DNA of 44,432 bases, taken from Klebsormidium nitens (Eukaryota; Plantae; Klebsormidiophyceae). Shown one piece after another: positions 23,387 through 35,800 of the stretch. The DNA is taken from NCBI GenBank assembly GCA_000708835.1, contig DF237633.1:1-44432 (forward strand). The letters run 5' to 3'. The notes beneath the pieces were generated by a model, which was not told the origin of the DNA, did not search any database, and saw only the letters and a list, made by a program, of their open reading frames with translations. Made by a program: the position numbers and the translations under genes. Positions within the stretch are counted from its first letter, which is position 1; each line of letters opens with the position of its first letter.

Positions 23387-26300
23387 TCAAAGGTCGTCGA
23401 AGAAGCTGCTACCTTTCGGCTTCTTCCCTGCCTTTTTCCGCTTGCCTTTCCGCTTGGACTTGCGACTCTTGGGAGCTGCAATTAACACGGAAGGAACGAC
23501 CCATCTTAACAACTTACAGATGGAATCTCATAGCGATGGTTGACTGAGCAACTGAGATCGGCAAATATGAAATGCAAAGTCGCACAGCAGAGTCTCATAT
23601 CGAGGTGCCTTTAAACCCTCGAGGCAGCCCGCGGATTGGGAGCGTTTTCCGGAGATGGTCAGATCGCAATCGTCCAGAGTCGCAACACCCTGACCCCTCG
23701 ATCGCGAGTTGCTCACAATACATCAGATACGTTATCCTACAACCACTGGTCAATTTCTAAACACCCCCCAAGACAACAAGCAAGCAGACCTCACGATCTG
23801 GGCATGACTTCCAGCGGTACTCCCCAAGAGAAATTCGATCCATTAGACACAACGCCCCCTCCCACTGAAACGACCCGTTCGCAACGAAAGCTGTGATTCT
23901 GCCTGTCGAGGAAACGCGGCCCGGACGCCTTCCCGTCGCTGCTTCTACCATAAGACGGCAAAACGGCAGCGGATCGCAACACATGTGACTCGCAGAAGGG
24001 TTTACAACAAAGATTGACAGCACAACGCGATACAGTCCACACAGCCCGTGACAACCGGCCCACCCGTTATCATCAAGGCAGCTCCCGGTGTCAACTGCTC
24101 TATGTTTGACTTCAAGTTCGTCCTTTCTCTCGGAAATCACGGCATTCCCAGAATTTGTCTGCTCATGCGCTTATGCACCGGACAGGGGTCGCCCAGACTT
24201 CAGATTGGTTCACCATTAAAAACAGAGCCCGTGATTCGAATCGCACTCACCATCACTGTCCTCGTCACTCTCCGTGTCCGCCACGTCATCCACCTTGGCC
24301 TTCCCCTTATCCGCAACCATCACCGGCGGCCGCCCGGAGCCGCCCGCTTCGTCCTCTTCCATGGCTTCTGGCTTTTCTGCCGACTCTAGTTGCCTGCCCT
24401 CCTTCGCTTCGTCCTCGTCGTCTTCTTCGAGCAGATAAGCCGTGTCCCACAACTGCGCGAATAGTAACATATAACAGCGGTAAGCTATGTGATCTAGGGG
24501 AGAGCCTATATGTAAGCTCTGACGAAGGAAGGTCGTAATCCTGAAACAGGGTGAGGTGGATAATCACGGAACACACAAGCTACGCGAGCTGGGGAGCCGT
24601 TACGTGAGCTTTCAGGAGAGAAGATCCTGATGCTAGACCAGAGATCCGGGGGGTGAACGGGATTATGAACCGAAACGCTGTTCTTGTGATCCATAATCTG
24701 CTTATGATATCCCCGGGCGACTGTCCTAGCTGGATTTGAGGACGAGTGCAGGAGAGAAGAAAGCCCGACGTTCAAAAAGGCACTGTGGCTGAATGTATAA
24801 AGGCAGCGACCAATGACGAAAGGGGTTGCAAAACCAGAGTAAACGGCGAAAGAAACCATTCGCTGTGGTGATGGAATAACTTCGATGTTCGAAGTACGAC
24901 CGACGGGTGTTGAGTCCTTGACCTTCTGAACCGTTACTTCGCAGCTCAATTTGACAGATGCTGACTCAACCGGCGCTGGAACCTTTTCCGAGCACTTCGG
25001 CTGCGGCGTCGATTGGATGGCGAGCTTTCCGCATTTGAGAGGAGAAAGCGCTGCCGATTCTTCCACAAAACAGTAGGAACTTTGAATCAGACACCTGCGA
25101 CAGCTTTGTTCATCGTCTCGCAAAGAAGTGGATGAGACATAAGCATCCCTTTCGACAGAGAACAGTTAAAGTTATGAAACCGACCCTCTCCTACGAAGAG
25201 AGTAACGATATGCATCTTCAGTCGATATCAGCCAAGAACGACAAACACAAACAGAGGCGCTGGTTATGCGTGTTCCCTATGAGTATGATGCTCCCGTTAC
25301 CAGCTCGTCACGTGGCTCGGGCTCAACATCTGACGTCACCTGTAGTTGCCAGGAAGTCACGCACGAGAAAAGGAACGTGATCTACAAGTGCTTTAAGCAA
25401 AAGCTCAGCGATAGAGGAAAGTAAAGGGCAGAATGAGAAGCCCAAGGAGAACAATCAAGGCAGATAAAGCACAGACTAGAAAGGAGGAGGACAAACAGGG
25501 ACGGAAGAAAGAACGCAAGACGCGCCCACCTTGAGAGTGTGGTCGTGAGAAGCGCTGACGAGCGTCCGGCGGTCTGGAGAGAACGCTGCATCGCCACGTG
25601 ACAAACAGTCAGGACCAGACAATGTGCAGATTATTAGGAGGTCCGTACGGGTTTAGTTTGAGATGTGCCAAGGATCGAGCCTTGACATGTCCCCGAATAA
25701 CACTTGGAACTTTGGGATGAGTCTTTTAGAAGGGATTACGCTTTCTCGTCTTTGTCGCTCGGCCAGACAAGTCATTTTCCGACCCGTCAATCAATCCGTG
25801 AAAATGGGAACGCCCCCCATACGCACTTATAACAACCGCCTGGCTCAAGTTCGAATCTTAGCTCGATCAGAACCGCACACTTGTCCCGACTTGGACAGCT
25901 AGCAGCAAAGGGGAAGTCTAAGCGCGAACCGAGTGGGATGACACGACTCTCCCCCAACCGCTCGATCAGATACTCCGTGGCTTTCCCCACAATCCCGAGC
26001 ATCCGTATCGCGCACTGTAAGAGCTTTCCTATGTAAGCAAGCCGCTCGTGACTTGCGAAACTAAGAGAACGCAATATGAGAAGAGGATGAACAAAGCGGA
26101 GAAACGATTTCTACCCAACCGTTCAATCGGATACGCCGCGGATTCCCCCACGATCCGGAGCATGATGTTGCGCAGAAAAGACTATTCAGGAGGATAACCA
26201 CTGCTCCCGACTTTGAAACAGAAAAGAGGTAAAAACCGGTAACGAGACGGAGAATCGGAGAAAATGGAGACGGAAATGGAGAATAGAAACGGAAGCGGAG

Positions 26301-29300
26301 AACCGCGAGACGGAAAGCAAGCCCTGGTTCTGACCCAGCCGCTCGATTGGATACTCCGCATGTTCTCCCACGATCCCGAGCATCATGATGGGCACTCTAA
26401 AAACTCATTTATTAGAACTGCTCCCGACTTGAAGAACAGAAACAATGCGAAATCCGAAACGAGGAACGGGAGGAGGAATTCAATACTCACCCAGCCGCTC
26501 AATTGGATATTCGGCATGTTCCCCCACGATCCCGAGCATCTTATTGGGCAGAACACTGACGATCCTAATCAGCCCGTCGCTCGACCCGGTGACGACCGTA
26601 TCTTCGTCCAGCCGCACGAGGGCGTCCACCGAAGCGGGGTGGCCGGGGAAACGGTCGCTGCAATCGTTCCACGCGCCCCAGGAGTAGAGGCTCAGAACGC
26701 CGCTCTGGGATCCGCACACGATCTTGCGCCCCTGCTTTGTGGTGACCACGCTCAGGAGCTCGTCTTCGGCGTTCTCGGACCGGGCTTCTAACTGCAACGT
26801 ACGAGGTCTGAAATCATAATCTGCTTCAACGTGTCGTCGAGAACGGTGCGAAATGAGCATCCTGGGAATTTGTGCGTTGTGGAATGATATCTTGTTTGAT
26901 AGTGACGACGCTCAGAAGCTTGACGTTTGCCTTCTCGTTCTCAGAGCGCGCTTTTGACTGCACGCCAGGACACAAGCCGGAAGAGAATGAACAGCATCCT
27001 GAAAACGTCAACGGTTCTAAACGTGCTTTGAAAGTGCTCTAAGAGCCGCACAAGATTGTGCGCCCCTGCTTTTTGATCACGACGCTCAAGAGTTCGTCTT
27101 CTGCATTTTCGGACCGTGCTTCCAACTGCGAGGAAGAAGTTCAAAAACAGACTTTAGTCAGCGTCATCCGAAAAGCGCCGGAAGCAGCCAGAGCGTGGGA
27201 TGTACCTGAGATATACGGCGAGCAAGAAACAGGTTCAGAAGGGCGGAAAAGAGCGCTGCCGTGTGTTCTTCGCAGAAATGCACTGAGAATCACGAAAACT
27301 TGCGCAGGTGCGAAGGTGGCAGACGGGAAGCATGTCCCCGCCCGTCGACTTCCAGCTCCTCCATTCCAGACCCCCAGAATCTAAAAATCAACCTCCAGAG
27401 ACACTCAACAAAGCTGAACAATATCCATTTTTCTGTGCTCCCCACCCTGTTTTTCCGCAGGTTGCAGACAGAGAGCATGCCGTCCCCGCTTCTGTAGCGT
27501 TCCTACTACTTACAAATGCCCAAAACCCCACCTTCCCCGGACCCGAACCCGAAAGGCCAAGCACTCCAACTAATGCTTTAAAAGATTTCAGATATCGTAG
27601 CCTCTAAAGCCTGCAAGTCTAGATAACCCACCTTGTTTTTCCGTAGGTTGCAGACAGAGAGCGTCCCGTCCCCGCTGGCGGCCAGCAGGTGCTGCGAGTC
27701 CGCCACGTGTTCAAAATCCGCAATAAAGTCTTCGTGCACGTCGAAGAGCGCCGTGCAGTCCTGCGCGCGCGTGTCCCAGAGCTGTGGAGGCAGGAGAGTC
27801 ACATGACGTCAGCTTTTCCCTGAGCTTTAAGGGGTCTTTTATCCCATGTGGCTTGCGGCGACATCCAAATAACGGTTAACGAATACCCGTCGCTGCGAAT
27901 CGGCCCACAACGTCCTGTTTCAGGACCAACGAGAAAGAGAGGCTCAAACTTCGAGTATGTTTTGTGTTCAGATTCAAAAGCTGCGGGTCAATCTGTATGC
28001 AAGCTTGCAGGGAGCAAGGTAGTAAACAGCATTGGTTTGCTTCGGAAACAGCGGGTAAAGGATCCTCAACCTAAAGCCCAGAAACTGCCGTACAGACAAC
28101 CTTACATATGGTTTTTTTTCTTGTGCCACTTTGAAAAAGAGAAGGTGTCAGAAAGATCGTTTCGTAAACCCAGATCAAATATCAAAGGGAGTCGAAGCTA
28201 CAATTCAATAAGAGCTGTACCCCAAAACCGCGTCATCTAAGGCAGTTCGAGCATCGAAGACGCCGGCATATGTCTGTTTGCTGTTCTTCTTAGACGCGCG
28301 ATCGCCATTGAGATTTTGAGCTGCTGCCGATACTCTGCGATAAGCCCATCGATGAGATTTGCAGCACTTCTGAGGCGCACAAAAGAACACGCTGCAAACC
28401 CACAGATCTGACCGGTGAGGTCTGCTGCAAAACGAGAGGCAAAATACATCGGAAAAAGAGGACGACATAGTTAAAGTAGCAAAGGGAGGCTCTGCTTTTA
28501 GCAGAGACTTCAATTCTTAGCAAAGAGGACAGATAACGTCCGTATCTTTAGCAACACTGGGATTCAACCAAGTTCGAAACCGACAGATCATGCATTCAAG
28601 AGCACTCCTGTAAACTCGACGGCACTGCATTGAAGGCAGCAATCTAATTAGAAAGCTCATCGCAGCAAACTTCCGGACAGGGCGTCAGGAACCTTTTTTG
28701 GGTTTTGCAACTGCCTCGAACTCCTACGAAAAGAAGAGGCATCCGAGGAAGACTTAAAGCCTCCACCGCTACGTCGGAAGGGTCCTAAAGGCGATCAAAG
28801 CAGGGTCGATGCGCAAACACCCTTCACACCGACGTCAACAGCATCAAAACGCATATTCTACTGATATCTCTAGTCGGCTCAGGTGTCCCGTCTTTGTTTT
28901 GTTGGGCTTCATAGGCGCCTGTCCAATCCCGGACAGGCGCCAAAGCTTTGGAAAGGAATGCGAAGCATGCAAAACAGAGTACCAAGGATCGAAGGCCAAT
29001 GCTTTGAGCGCCAGAGAAACGGCACTACGGCAAGTCCAGCACTGACATTCTTTCAGCCGAGATTCAAAAATCGTCGAGCCATGGCTAAACAAACAACTGT
29101 GCGGAGTTGCGGGAAGTCAGATCCGGGTTTTCTAGGCCCATAGCATTTCGTCAGTGTTCCTCCTTCGGAGGAATCGGTGCCCAGTGCGTTTCATCATCCT
29201 TCCCGAACTCCTTGCTCAAAGGCGCTTCGCTCAAAGCGAGGCCTCAAACGTAGCCGAGCCATTGCTTCGGCCGCCAATCAAAGCAAAGCTGGAATCCAAA

Positions 29301-31395
29301 AGAAGACGCAGCAACATGACCATATGTCAAGCCAGCCGAAACCCAAAAGAGACAAATAACAGCGTAAGAAGTATAGGAGGCCAGCGCCTCGTGAATTAGA
29401 GCATACGCTGCATTAGCCAGAGACACACAAACAACTTGTACATTTCACTTTCTTTTGATTTCTTCCATTGCGGCCGTTGCTGGTTCTCTGCAGAGTTTCG
29501 GATATCGAAGCTCGCACCCTGATGGCCCAAAACTACACCTCCAAAAGCAAGAAGTACCCCAAATCTGAAACTGCAAACTTTGTAGCTCGCACCTTGATGG
29601 CCCCCTCGTCGTCCCCAGTCGCGAGCGTCGTCTCCGAGAGCGCCTCCATGCGGTTGATCGCGGCCGCGTGCGCGTTCTCGAGGCGCGCAACCTTCTGCCC
29701 GGTGATTGCGTCCGTGCACAGGATCGAGCGGTCCGCGGAACAGCTCAGCAGTAACCGCCCGCCGTCCATGAAGCGCAGCGCACGGCACGTATCGGTGTGG
29801 GCTGCAAATCAGCGACTTGAGTTCATATCTTTGAATCGTTCATGCTCGAACCAGCTTTTGAAATTGGAAAGCACCGAATCAGCGGTCCGCGGAACAGCTC
29901 AACAGCAACCGGCCGCCGTCCATGAAGCGGAGCGCACGACACGAATCCGTGTGGGCTGCAAAGAAGGGCATCGACTACGACGTCATGTTTTGCTCGGAAC
30001 AGAGGCTTCAGAGCCGGAGAGCACAAGGTTAGCATCGAAAAAGATGGCTCAGAAGCAGCCAGCCACCGCCCATGAACCGAAGCGCACGGTATGAGTCGGT
30101 GTGGGCTGCGATTCAGTGGAAACGAGTGTACTTTTCTGTTTACTCTGTGCTCGGTATCAGCTCTCGGACTGGAGAGAAGAAGATACGATTAAGAAATTGA
30201 TAGCGTATGAGCAGCCGGTCGCCGTCCATGAAGCGAAGCGCAAGGCATGAATCGGTGTGGGCGGCGATTCGTGGTAAAGAACAAGCTTTTCCGTTTACCC
30301 TTTGCTCGGTATCAGCTCTCGGACTGGAGAGAAGAAGATACAATTCAGATACGATCAATAGCTTATGAGCAGCCGGCCGCCGTCCATGAAGCGAAGCGCA
30401 CGGCACAAATTGGTGTGCGCTGCAATTCAGGTAACAAAGAGAAGTTGTGAAGGCACCTCTTGCTTGGAACAGCTTTGAAACTGGAGAGCACAAGAACTTG
30501 GTTCATGAGTTTAGAACGAGTACAAAATGTATATTTCAGGAACAAAGAACTCGTCAGCAGCCGGCCGTCGTCCATAACTGCGCGAAAAGAGTCCGTGTGC
30601 ACTGCGGATTGGGAACACCGTTTAGTTTCCGGATCACTCCTTGCTCGATACAGGGCTTTCAATCCCGGAAGAGCAGAACAGATGATCAAGAGACAGGTAG
30701 GTCAGCAGCAGCGGGCCGCCGTAAATATAGCGCAATGCGCAGCATGAGTCGTGTGGGCGGCAGAAGTACCGAAGAATCCTAACAATCAACATCCAGCTTT
30801 CATTTCGGATGCTCGTTAATCCGGATCTGCTTAGAAGTGAGCAGGAAATTCAGGATTTATGTCAGAGCGAGGGCTTTAGCACTCGAGGGTCTGTAGGGGC
30901 TTTCAGATGATGCCCCAAACACAAACTTATCTCCTGAGTGCCCCTTTTGAATGGTGAGTGCCCAGAGTTTCATAATAATAGTGCCGCAAGCCTGACCATG
31001 ACAAACCTTTGTCTCAGCATTATTGGCCGGGTCTGACGACAGCCTTCTTGCTGAAACATCAGGTATAGAAACCCACTCACGCTGTGATTGATGGAAAAAA
31101 CCTTGCCGAATGATCATAATCCCAACTCTTACGGTTCCCTTCTTGTCCGCTCTCTCGCCGGCCACGTTCCTCAAACGAAGAACTGGTCAGAGAAGCAGCC
31201 ATTATCAAAAGAAGTAAGCACAATAAGCTCACCTGGATATGATAAGAGCTGGCGCGGCGGTGTGTCGTCCCCATAGCGAAAGATCTCAACCTGCCCGGTG
31301 ATGATTCCCGCCGCGACAACCGGAAGCTCCGGATGGATGTGGACATCGAACGGCTGCGCCTCGAGTGAGATCTGGGCCGCCTCGCCCCCCTCCAT
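23387..31395 (-). CDS. WDR55: WD40-repeat protein 55 (JIP5-like ribosome biogenesis factor), 7 exons, 389 aa
   Basis: Exons 31395-31233, 29801-29593, 27781-27632, 26791-26491, 25585-25530, 24452-24251, 23475-23387; phases consistent, 1170 nt. Motifs PFDVHIHP..VAAGIITG, HTDTCRA, LATGDDEGAIKLWD, EDELLS, DRFPGHP.SVDAL, GSSDGLIR, GEH.EYPIE, SASHD, acidic tail, FFDDL*. Confidence 0.93.
25950..26384 (-). repeat. 3 degenerate copies of WDR55 exon 4 3' end plus donor
   Basis: Copies of MLGIVGEHAEYPIERL|GT. Donor-equivalent positions 26334, 26114 and 25953; real donor 26490. Confidence 0.9.
26891..27129 (-). repeat. 2 degenerate copies of WDR55 exon 4 acceptor plus 5' end
   Basis: Copies of CAG|LEARSENAEDELLSVV. 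Acceptor G at 26958 and 27126; real at 26792. Confidence 0.88.
27441..27490 (-). repeat. Degenerate copy of WDR55 exon 3 3' end plus donor
   Basis: SGDGMLSVCNLRKNR|GTGGG versus real SGDGTLSVCNLRKNK|GTGGG, 186 bp away. Confidence 0.9.
29881..30763 (-). repeat. 6 degenerate copies of WDR55 exon 2 acceptor plus 5' end
   Basis: Copies of CAG|(A)HTD(S/T)CRALRFMDGGRLL. Acceptor-equivalent positions 29956, 30106, 30262, 30420, 30602, 30758; real at 29802. Confidence 0.92.
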
Positions 31396-32061
31396 TTGTT
31401 GGTGTGATTAAGGGGGGGGGAGGGAGATGTTCTGGAGGGTGGCAGCAGGCGACTTGTCTTTACCTCACTGCGGTGGCGAGGACAGTTCTGTGCATCAGAG
31501 ACGCTGACTCAGTTCAACGACTATTTTCAACTGTGCATCAAGATCGTCGGTGAAAGGGAGCTTGTTCTTGGTTAGTGACGTTGTGATGGGTTAAAGTTGC
31601 TTAATTGTTGCAGTGCATCAGACACGGGTGAATATGACGCCTCTATTGTCGCCTAAACTTGCAGAAGCGCTAGCAGCTCTTATTTTTACAACAACATTGA
31701 TCACTCGGGATATGAGTCAACTTGCAACTGGAATCAGAGGTAGACAAGGGGCGCAAACGCCACCAAAGGCCCGAGCTTGCAGAACCGAGTCCAAAGAACG
31801 CCGCCCAGAAAGTTTCATGACATTAAGGATGCAATTGCTGGCATCAACATTGCTCACCTCGAAACGGGGTGTGCGTCCAATGTCCAAATGCGCCGGGATT
31901 CCAGTCCCTTGTACTAGAATTACTCGCGCCTTGGTTCCCTCAAACCTTCCTTTGGTCCTCTTCAAAACCACTTCCTGCCGCCTGATATATGTGAGACCCT
32001 CACTACCGACACGCTGTGTCAGGCTCAACCACCGGTATTTCACATGCCCACGGCGACTAAG

Positions 32062-32152
32062 CTATTTGTGCCCACCACTCTTAGCGGCGGCTTTCCCCTC
32101 CTCAAATTCTGTTTTCACTTTTCTGAACTGCACGGTCAGGGTCTGTGGTACC
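32062..32152 (-). repeat. Degenerate copy of the COA3-like CDS 3' end including the stop codon
   Basis: 32062-32152 aligns to 32185-32274 (GTTDLDRAVQK...AAAKSGGH.*), with a 1-bp insertion. Confidence 0.88.
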
Positions 32153-32184
32153 CTCAGATAGGCTACGCAGGGGCACAATGTAGG

Positions 32185-32373
32185 CTATGCGTGCCCACCA
32201 CTCTTCGCGGCAGCTTTCTCCTGCTCGATTTCTTTCTCCACTTTCTGAACCGCACGGTCAAGATCAGTCGTGCCCACCGCCTTCATCGAGTACACATACG
32301 CACCGACAACGAAGGCGGACAGCGTCCCTGCAACGAGCAGGTTCTTGAGGCGGAGCGAGCTTTGAGGGGCCAT
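32185..32373 (-). CDS. COA3: Plant-type cytochrome c oxidase assembly factor 3-like small membrane protein, 62 aa
   Basis: MAPQSSLRLKNLLVAGTLSAFVVGAYVYSMKAVGTTDLDRAVQKVEKE: KN..VAG.L..F..G.Y.Y.M.AVG single-TM plus coiled-coil pattern of the plant COA3/CCDC56-like family. ATG at 32373. Confidence 0.8.
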   Translation of the reverse strand: MAPQSSLRLKNLLVAGTLSAFVVGAYVYSMKAVGTTDLDRAVQKVEKEIEQEKAAAKSGGHA

Positions 32374-32814
32374 ATTCAAGCGCTGTTCTCAAATGTCCAG
32401 CGGAAGACGAACGCCAAGGGCAAAAGAGGTAGGAGAAATGCGCAGGAGAATGCTCCTGGTTGTCCAGAAACAGCAGCTGGAGACCTTTCTGATTGGAGTG
32501 GTTGTTGACACATTAGGCCACCTTGCCAGGCGTCGTTCATTACCAAGCGCCGGTTATCATGTCGGGAGAAATTTAATGTGAGATAGGGACTGGGTGGAAG
32601 CTAGGAACGGCTGTGGTAACGGCGCCAATCTCCATGTGGTGTCAAAAAGCCTCGCAGTCTCGAGACATTCACAGAATGTTTTGGATGTCAAATGTTGCGA
32701 GTTCTCCTCTCTGCCTCTGAGTCTGGGCAAGCGCTCTCAAACGCCGCTTGGTAGCCACTCCTTTTTCTCCTGAGACCAGGATTGAGGTAGCTGCATCATT
32801 AGAGAGAGAGCAGA

Positions 32815-35800
32815 ATGGGCAGAAAGAGTGGCGGAAAGCGGCAGGCGCGGCCGCAGGGGCTGCCGCCGAAGGCGAAGAAGCAGAAACGGGACGCGGGAGG
32901 TGCTGTTTGTGAGCCCATAAGCGATAGTGAGGATGGGGCGGTTTTGCCCACCCCTTATGAGTACGAGGAGCCAATGGCTGATGAGGAGCTGAAGAAGAAT
33001 AGGCGCTATGATGACGTGGACGTTTACGAATACGAGCTTCCAGACGATTTTGAGGTGAGCTGCCGGTGCAGTTTCTGGCAGGGGTTGCTTCCCCTTACTT
33101 CAAACTGGGTCTTTGGTTTGTGGGTTGTCCTTTAAAAAGGTAGCGAGCAGCTGTTGACGCCGCTGTGATCATGCTCGTTGTCACTTCAGACCAGGAGCGA
33201 ATTGAGCAATTGATTTGTGGCACACAACTCGTTAGCAATGCGTCAATACTACCTGAGCTGGATCCAAGTAGTAGATGCATCGGGCTACCGACGCGCCAGG
33301 AACCTCGAATGCACCACCCAATGCTGTCCAAAGTTTCTTCTCCACTACTTTCATCAGCACCATTACCATCAAGGTCTCAGTCTCATAGTGTTGGCTGAAT
33401 TGAGCCAACTCAGTTGTTGCGTCAGGTGAATCTTGGCGGATTGAAGCGTCAGAGGTCGCGGCATCAAACTCCTGATGCTTGTGCAAAAATGAACCTAGCG
33501 TGTTTCCACTCTTCGATTTTATCTCTGATTCATTGGACCTGCAAGCAGCCTGTATATGATTCCTGTTTCTGCCGTGGCGCCCATTCTTCTTGCACAAGGC
33601 AGGCCTAACGCTCCAGGTTGCTTCATGCATATGATTATTTGGCTGTTTTGGTGCTTACATTTTCCCAGAAGGTTGAGCATTGAAAAATGTCATGTCGCTG
33701 GACATGCGCATAAGAACATTCACTAGCAAGTTCATGAGCTCTCCCACTCATTTGAAATTCTCTAGGTGGTATGATTGAATTTAAGCATTCAAAGCACCGT
33801 CTCCTTTCTTCTTTCAGGACGAAGAGATCGACGAAGACGCCGCTTTTACGGAAGAAGACAAGGTCAAGTTCGGCAACCTCTTTGAAAAGGACGGCGAAGA
33901 AGGCGCTTCGGAAGGGGACTCCGACCGCGACGATGACGACGGCGATATCGATCTGAACAGCGAGGACGAGGGTTCTGACGAGTCGGAGGAACTAGACCCG
34001 GATGATTTCTCGGACGAGGAGCTGGCGGGTGGTAGAGACGAAACAGAAGCTTTGGGGGAAGAAGATGAAAGCGAGGATGTGGGGGGGCAAGATGAGGAGG
34101 GGGCCGATGAGGGTGAGGAGTACGAGGAAGCGGGGGGGAGAAGAGCGGGGCAAAATGAGGGGGGGGAAGAGGAGAGCGACGAGGAAAGTGATGAGGAGGA
34201 ATTGGACGAGGAACGGCATAGGAAGATGTTGGAAGAGGTGATGGGGGGGGCGCGCGGGCGGGAAAGCAAGAGGCGGGGTCAGGTGGTGCTTTCAGAGGCG
34301 GTTCCGGAGTCGGAGTTCAGCTTGAACCCAGGCGGGGGGACTGCAGGTATGGTCTGCGGACATGTTGTTTGACACGAGTTTGTTGGTCTGCCGCTAGAGT
34401 TGCGTCACAGCATGCCGCGATGTTAACTGACACATTCGTCATGGGTTGGAACCGATTCTTGGTCAAGCTCCGAGGCATACTCCTCTTGACACCAGAGCCC
34501 ACTTGGCTCCTACTGTGGTTAGTGTTTGGTCCCTAGTTTTGACCCCTTCCGAGAAATAGCGAAAGTCATCAGAGGGGTCATTCCGCAGTGATTGAAGCTT
34601 CCGCAGAATGACTGGTCAGCCTCTTTAGTTCTATATAACAATTCGTGAATAAAAGCAACTATTGATTTCGTTGTTACGAAGCCTGGTTGTTTAGCAGCGT
34701 TGTCCTAAGCCACCTTGTCAAGTTTCCAAAGTGGGCGTCGTCGTCACCCTTGTTAGACGTGAGTCTTTTCAAGGATAGGGTTAGACTTCAGTTTATTTTG
34801 CCCCTGGCAACGTGCAGTGGGCAAAGAAAAACGAATACTCCAAACCCAGCCAGGATGGGTTTGTATGGTTGAGTCGGCAGTGCCTCAAACACGATCCGAC
34901 AGCACACATCCGGAAGAAAGCATCGATCATCCGTGTGGATGCACGGCGGGAAATTTGTTTTTAATGATACGGCAGTGAGCGCCACGCCACTCCTTACACA
35001 AAAAGCATTGACAGCTGTGCTGACAAAGTCGGCGCTTTCTTCACAGGTGGCGGCGGCAGGATCAGCGTCGCCGACTTGGTTGGTTCTCTCGACGGCTCCG
35101 CCGGAAACCTCGCCAGCCTCCGAAAACGCCTCGAGAAAGTCGAATCAGGCGCGGGGCCTGTTTCCGCGCCCCTCGCGCGCGCTCTCAAAGAGCGCGTCGA
35201 GCGCCAGGCGGGGTATGAGCACACCAAATCAGACGTCGCCAAGTGGCAGCCCCTCGTGAAAGCAAACCGGGAGGCGCCCACGATCGTGTTCAGTGCGGAT
35301 AAGAAGGGGACGGTCGCGCAGCTATCGACGGCGGGGATGGCGGCGAAGTTTGTGCCGACGACGGATTTGGAGAAGGAGATTAGTGAGCTTTTGAAGGAAA
35401 GTGGCGCGGAGGACGGGAGGACCGTGGAAGCGGGGGAGGCGCTGGAGCTGAATAAGCTTACGGTGGAAGAGGTAAGGGACACCTCATTACCGCAAGCTTT
35501 TTGCGTTTCAGAGTCTTTGACATTGCTATCGGTCTAAGTGAATTGGGATTAAGGAACTGTATAGAAACCTGGATGCCTAGACAAAAGGGATTGTGGGCTT
35601 CAACAATACCAGCTACTGAAAATCACCTAGATAGATGAGCAGTGGGCTTCTGCGAAGGCCGATCCCCCTACTGCCCAAGAGTGGTCTTCGTTTCAAATGA
35701 CTTCAATCTACTCTTCTAAGCGCTGCGATTTGTCACCTTTCTCCCCAGGTTTTGGACCGCAAGAAGTGTCTCGCCAGGATGCGCGGGCTCCTCTTCCAAC

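Noticed and set aside
25781-25830. Fourth echo of the WDR55 exon 4 donor
   Set aside because: Spacing (170 bp) fits, but similarity is too weak to support; excluded from counts.
25841-25857. tRNA or SINE (GTTCGAATC B-box-like)
   Set aside because: No cloverleaf and no correctly spaced A-box.
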